Source: Methanomassiliicoccaceae archaeon
GTDB taxonomy: Archaea > Thermoplasmatota > Thermoplasmata > Methanomassiliicoccales > Methanomassiliicoccaceae
Assembly (NCBI GenBank): GCA_963728405.1
Contig: CAVSJV010000011.1
Coordinates: 1 to 10,913, forward strand
DNA: 10,913 bases
Direction of reading: 5' to 3'
Positions 7,640-10,913 of this stretch are shown piece by piece (position 1 is the first letter of the stretch; every line of letters starts with the position of its first letter). The notes beneath the pieces were generated by a model that had not been told where the DNA came from, did not search any database, and was given only the letters and a program-made list of their open reading frames with translations. The position numbers were made by a program, and so were the translations under genes.

Positions 7640-7978
7640 CTAGCATTCCAAAATAGAACATAATATCGTACATGCATTATATATCCCTCTATGTGATCCG
7701 ATGTCATGGTAAAGATGTGGAATGGTAAGAAATTCCACTTCTGCCGAAGAACTCTTTACAAAGAGGCCTGCGAGGCCGATAAAGAAGAGAACAATAGTGA
7801 CGACAAGCGAAATAATCGGAAAGGCATCGTTACTCGGCATGGCGAGCTGGAGAAAAGCCGATAGGAAAACGATAATGGCCTAGGCAATGTATACCGGCGA
7901 TATGACTAGAAACGAGATCGACGAATCGCCATTGGATGAAATATGGTCCTGCTGAAAGAAATACAAATTCGACACCAT
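7640..7978 (-). CDS. Small hypothetical membrane protein with an in-frame TAG (7880-7882); possibly a pseudogene
   Basis: MVSNLYFFQQDHISSNGDSSISFLVISPVYIA*AIIVFLSAFLQLAMPSNDAFPIISLVVTIVLFFIGLAGLFV... Hydrophobic helices continue on both sides of the TAG. Confidence 0.4.
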
Positions 7979-8080
7979 CCATCTGATTCTAAAGGCCTCC
8001 TTGGTCAAAATATCAGCGATTTACTATATCGATTGTTTTTGGATCGTCGAGCGTGGCCAGCCCTTCTTTTCCGTAGGTTG

Positions 8081-8779
8081 TCATCCCCCCAGGTAGAGTG
8101 TTGTCAAAGTAATGGCCGTACCAATTACAAGAAAACCAATTCCGGGCCCTAATCTCCTAATGCCAGCACAGCCACCCCACTCTACCCCAATGACGAACAT
8201 CATTACCAGAGCGATCAGGTTCGAGATGTTCAATGCCAGGATCGGCTCGCTCGGAAAAACAATAAATGGGATGATGACCGGAAACAGCGTAAGAAAGACA
8301 GTAACTAATATCCAAGACGACCGATCAGATCGTCGCCGAAGTCCTTGAAGAAAGCCTTTCTATCAATGAATTGAGGGCACGGCATCAGCCACAATAGCGA
8401 CGATGCGTTCTCGATCGCTTGAGTTCATAGTATGAATGATCGTATTGTCGAGGTCGTCCACGATGGCCTCTTTCGCTTTCGCATTATCTCGGTCTTCATT
8501 TAGGGCCTTGGAGATCGTCGCATATCTATTTCGAGTAAAATAGCTGCCAATGACATACATCACCCCATCGACGATACCCCAAGCGATGTTGACCCCGATC
8601 ACAGCCAATAATAGATTTACTACAGAGAACCCATTTTGGGAGATACTTATTCTGAGTGTCCCAGTGACCCCTAAGACCAGAATGAGGCCAAGTACCACCT
8701 CGGGCAATCTATCGACCGGATCGAGATACTTTTCGATTGCATTCTATCCAGTCAGTAGACTGAACATCAGATTGGGCAT
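8081..8779 (-). CDS. VIT1/CCC1-like membrane protein, with apparent frameshifts and an in-frame TAG at codon 12
   Basis: YLDPVDRLPEVVLGLILVLGVTG...IGVNIAWGIVDGVMYV, a soluble loop, then VFLTLFPVIIPFIVF...LNISNLIALVMMFVIGVEWG...TLYLGG* (TGA 8081-8083). The topology is typical of VIT-family proteins. Confidence 0.75.
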
Positions 8780-8796
8780 ATGTTTCTTATCGAAGG

Positions 8797-8803
8797 TATA
8801 TAA
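8797..8803 (-). promoter_or_regulatory. Archaeal TATA box giving a near-leaderless transcript
   Basis: TTATATA begins 24 nt upstream of ATG 8779. Confidence 0.6.
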
Positions 8804-8847
8804 TCCATAGCTCGGTTTGCTTTAGGAAAATGGCACGCTTGAAAGTG

Positions 8848-8880
8848 TAAATAAAAGGAAAGTGACCGGAGGCTCCGGCC
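8848..8880 (-). terminator. Hairpin plus pyrimidine/T tract after the PRC-barrel gene
   Basis: GGCCGGA-GCC-TCCGGTC followed by ACTTTCCTTTTATTT, directly after the TGA at 8883. Confidence 0.6.
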
Positions 8881-8882
8881 GT

Positions 8883-9198
8883 TCAGGTTCCTTTTGGATT
8901 GTGTACCTTGACAGCGCCCTTAATGGAGGCAAAGTTGGAGTTCAGCTGCATTACTGTCGGGTGCGATGGTCCTTCACAAAGGAAGCGGGGATGTTCACCA
9001 TTGCGGCGCCGAACATCGGTTTCTTGATGTTCAGCTCCTCCGAGATGTCCTTGTGCACTTCTATGACGAAAGAGAAACTGTCCAACCCTTCGGGCTTACG
9101 ATGATCCCATCCAGAGTCCCCAGCAACTTTCCATCGTCAGTATAAACTTCCTTCGCCCCTGTGGCCTTCCAGTATGTCGGTTCCATGGTTTGGGTCAT
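8883..9198 (-). CDS. PRC-barrel domain protein, apparent frameshifts
   Basis: Manual reconstruction (not in ORF track): MTQTMEPTYWKATGAKEVYTDDGKLLGTLDGIIVSPKGWTV / FVIEVHKDISEELNIKKPMFGAAMVNIPASFVK / VMQLNSNFASIKGAVKVHNPKGT*. KEVYTxDGKxLG, WxV and IP..V are PRC-barrel features. Confidence 0.8.
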
Positions 9199-9320
9199 TG
9201 TCGTTTCAGATTTCTGTATGATACACATGGTGGATGATGCTTGGGACGGGTCAGTCTATAACACTTTCATCACCGTTCTTCAATGACTATGGGGAGGCCG
9301 CCGTCCATTTAACGGGCATG

Positions 9321-9329
9321 TATTAAAAA
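9321..9329 (+). promoter_or_regulatory. TATA-like box upstream of the DUF1269/DUF6325-like gene
   Basis: TATTAAAAA begins 23 nt before the in-frame ATG at 9344. Confidence 0.45.
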
Positions 9330-9475
9330 CCAGACACTTCAACATGGCACTGGTCTTCGGAAATAACCTAAATGACGAGAACATCATAAATCGGACGTGG
9401 AGCGGTCTGTCCGATTCATTGATAGCTCCCGTCGGAGGTCTATTCGGTGGATCATCAAGCATGGGAGAACTAGAT

Positions 9476-10003
9476 ATGGTAATGTATGGACCAATGCAGT
9501 TGATAGCGGTTGGATTTCCCGGGAATGAGTTCTCTGGCGAGGTTCTGCCGGCCATTAGAGATGTGAAGGAGAAGGGCCTCATTCGCGTGATCGACTATGC
9601 CTTCGTTATAAAGGACGCGGACGGAAACATGCTCGCGGTCGAAGCTACTGATTTTTGACCCGGAGAGGTCGAAGAACTGGGAGCCGCCGTCGGTGCCCTC
9701 ATAGGTCTCGGAGCCGGTGGAGCAGAAGGGGCGAGAAGGGGAGCCGAAGCCGGTGCGGAAAGGGCCAGGGAGATGGAAATGGCGAACGATAGGACCTACG
9801 GCCTCTCGCAAGATGATATTGACGAGATCGTTGATTCGTTCCCCAACAACACTTCCGCCCTCTTCGCCATCATCGAACACCTGTGGGCCAAAGACCTCAA
9901 GCAAGCGGTAATGGATTCCAACGGGATCGTCGTCCAGGGTATGCTGAGACCGGAGCTCTTCATGCGCATCGGTGAGGCGTTACCAGCTTTGGCCAGCAGG
10001 TAA
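9476..10003 (+). CDS. DUF1269/DUF6325-like protein, apparent frameshift(s) near 9652-9667; alternative in-frame start at 9344
   Basis: GPMQLIAVGFPGNEFSGEVLPAIRDVKEKGLIRVIDYAFVIKDADG, Gly/Ala-rich GAAVGALIGLGAGGAEGA, then DIDEIVDSFPNNTSALFAIIEHLWA. GGGAG at 9463-9467 precedes ATG 9476. Confidence 0.8.
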
Positions 10004-10458
10004 AGCTCGTGCCCAAGCCATAACTCACCAAACCACTTACCCTCCAATTTTATTTGACTTACGAAGGAGCAGGGGGATTTGTTCCGCCCTTGAGTTGGGG
10101 TCTGGGCCTTGGCCGTTGCCTACGGGAGTCCGGTTTCTAATCCACATACTCATGCCCTCGCTCCACTTACTTTGGGGCCATGTAAAGATTAACAAGACTT
10201 GGAGCGCTTAGATGGATCTATCTAAATGATCACTCCTCCCCCTGCCAATGGTCGGACCCACGGCTTATCATTCTTTCTGATCCCACTGCCGTCACTGGTC
10301 TTTTTTCACATTCTTGACCGTGACCGTAACCAGGAGACGTTGATTTTGTCTAGTCTTTCGATGATCTCTTTCATTTCTTTTTCCAGTTCCTGCCCTCCCT
10401 GTTTCAATGCAGGTGAGTTAGAGGCACTTTCTTTACTAGCTCCAGTAGGGACCTCTTT

Positions 10459-10910
10459 TTAACTCTTTTCGATCGGTCTGTATAGGACTTTTTGGACGAT
10501 GTAACTTACAAGCCTTGGCCCTGGTCATGCCCGGCTGCTTCAGAAGTTCCAAAACTTTGCAAGATCAACTTCCACATTTGGTCTTCCTGGAAAGTGTCCA
10601 TCCTTTGCTCACTATGCCCGCTCTTTTTTCGTTCGCTCAACCATGATCTGACCCTCGAACTCCACCACGGACGCCAGGATGTTTCCCATCAATCGCCCTG
10701 TTGAGGTGGAGTAGTCCAGGCCATCACATGATGACTCCAATCGGATGCCCTTGATCGAAGCCAATAATCGTAGATAGCCAAGAGATAGTGCGAAAGGCAA
10801 CCTTTGCATGTCTAAAAATATATTTTCGATGGGGCCGTTCAGTTATTTCACACATCCATATGTTTCAGGATTGCTGGAAAGGCGGGGCAAATACGGCCGA
10901 TCTTTACCAT
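10459..10910 (-). pseudogene. Decayed serine recombinase (resolvase/invertase family)
   Basis: GIRLESSCDGLDYSTSTGRLMGNILASVVEFEGQIMVERTK, then in-frame TAG TGA, PGRPNV and an HTH-like tail ending VLYR. Removing two homopolymer bases at the 5' end gives MVKIAVFARLSS (YARVS-like). The central DRxxR region is missing. Confidence 0.85.
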
Positions 10911-10913
10911 TAT

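Noticed and set aside
6871-9904. ORFs 6871-7323, 8112-8348, 8550-8810, 8862-9104, 9280-9582 and 9470-9904
   Set aside because: Opposite-strand shadows of the cysteine synthase, VIT-like, PRC-barrel and DUF genes.
10064-10100. GGAGCAGGGGGATTTGT as another site or tRNA end
   Set aside because: Short match to S5 needs a 3-nt gap, and there is no GCCA/TGGC frame or palindrome.

Overview
Archaeal-looking accessory region. TATA-box and leaderless promoters plus the gene repertoire suggest Methanomassiliicoccales/Thermoplasmata, but that taxonomy is inference. Nearly every recognisable gene has 1-nt indels, often in homopolymers, so this is probably an unpolished long-read assembly and most 'broken' genes may be intact in vivo. 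Left to right: small ribbon-helix-helix protein; single-domain response regulator with a 3xPAS Cph1-type histidine kinase; C-terminal remnant of a ComEC-type metallo-beta-lactamase; small Cys-rich ORF; acyltransferase-3 membrane protein; a 2.3 kb recombination-relic tract; small membrane ORF; VIT1/CCC1-like membrane protein; PRC-barrel protein; DUF1269/DUF6325-like protein; decayed serine resolvase. The most notable unexplained structure is at 5241-7582: five (possibly six) diverged copies of a ~50-60 bp palindromic motif (GCCA...arm-AATCCYGC-arm...TGGC) whose core resembles a tRNA 3' end. Four copies are ~310 bp apart, separated by tyrosine-recombinase C-terminal fragments, and two enclose a self-contained cysteine synthase gene. 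This may be a site-specific cassette/integration array.
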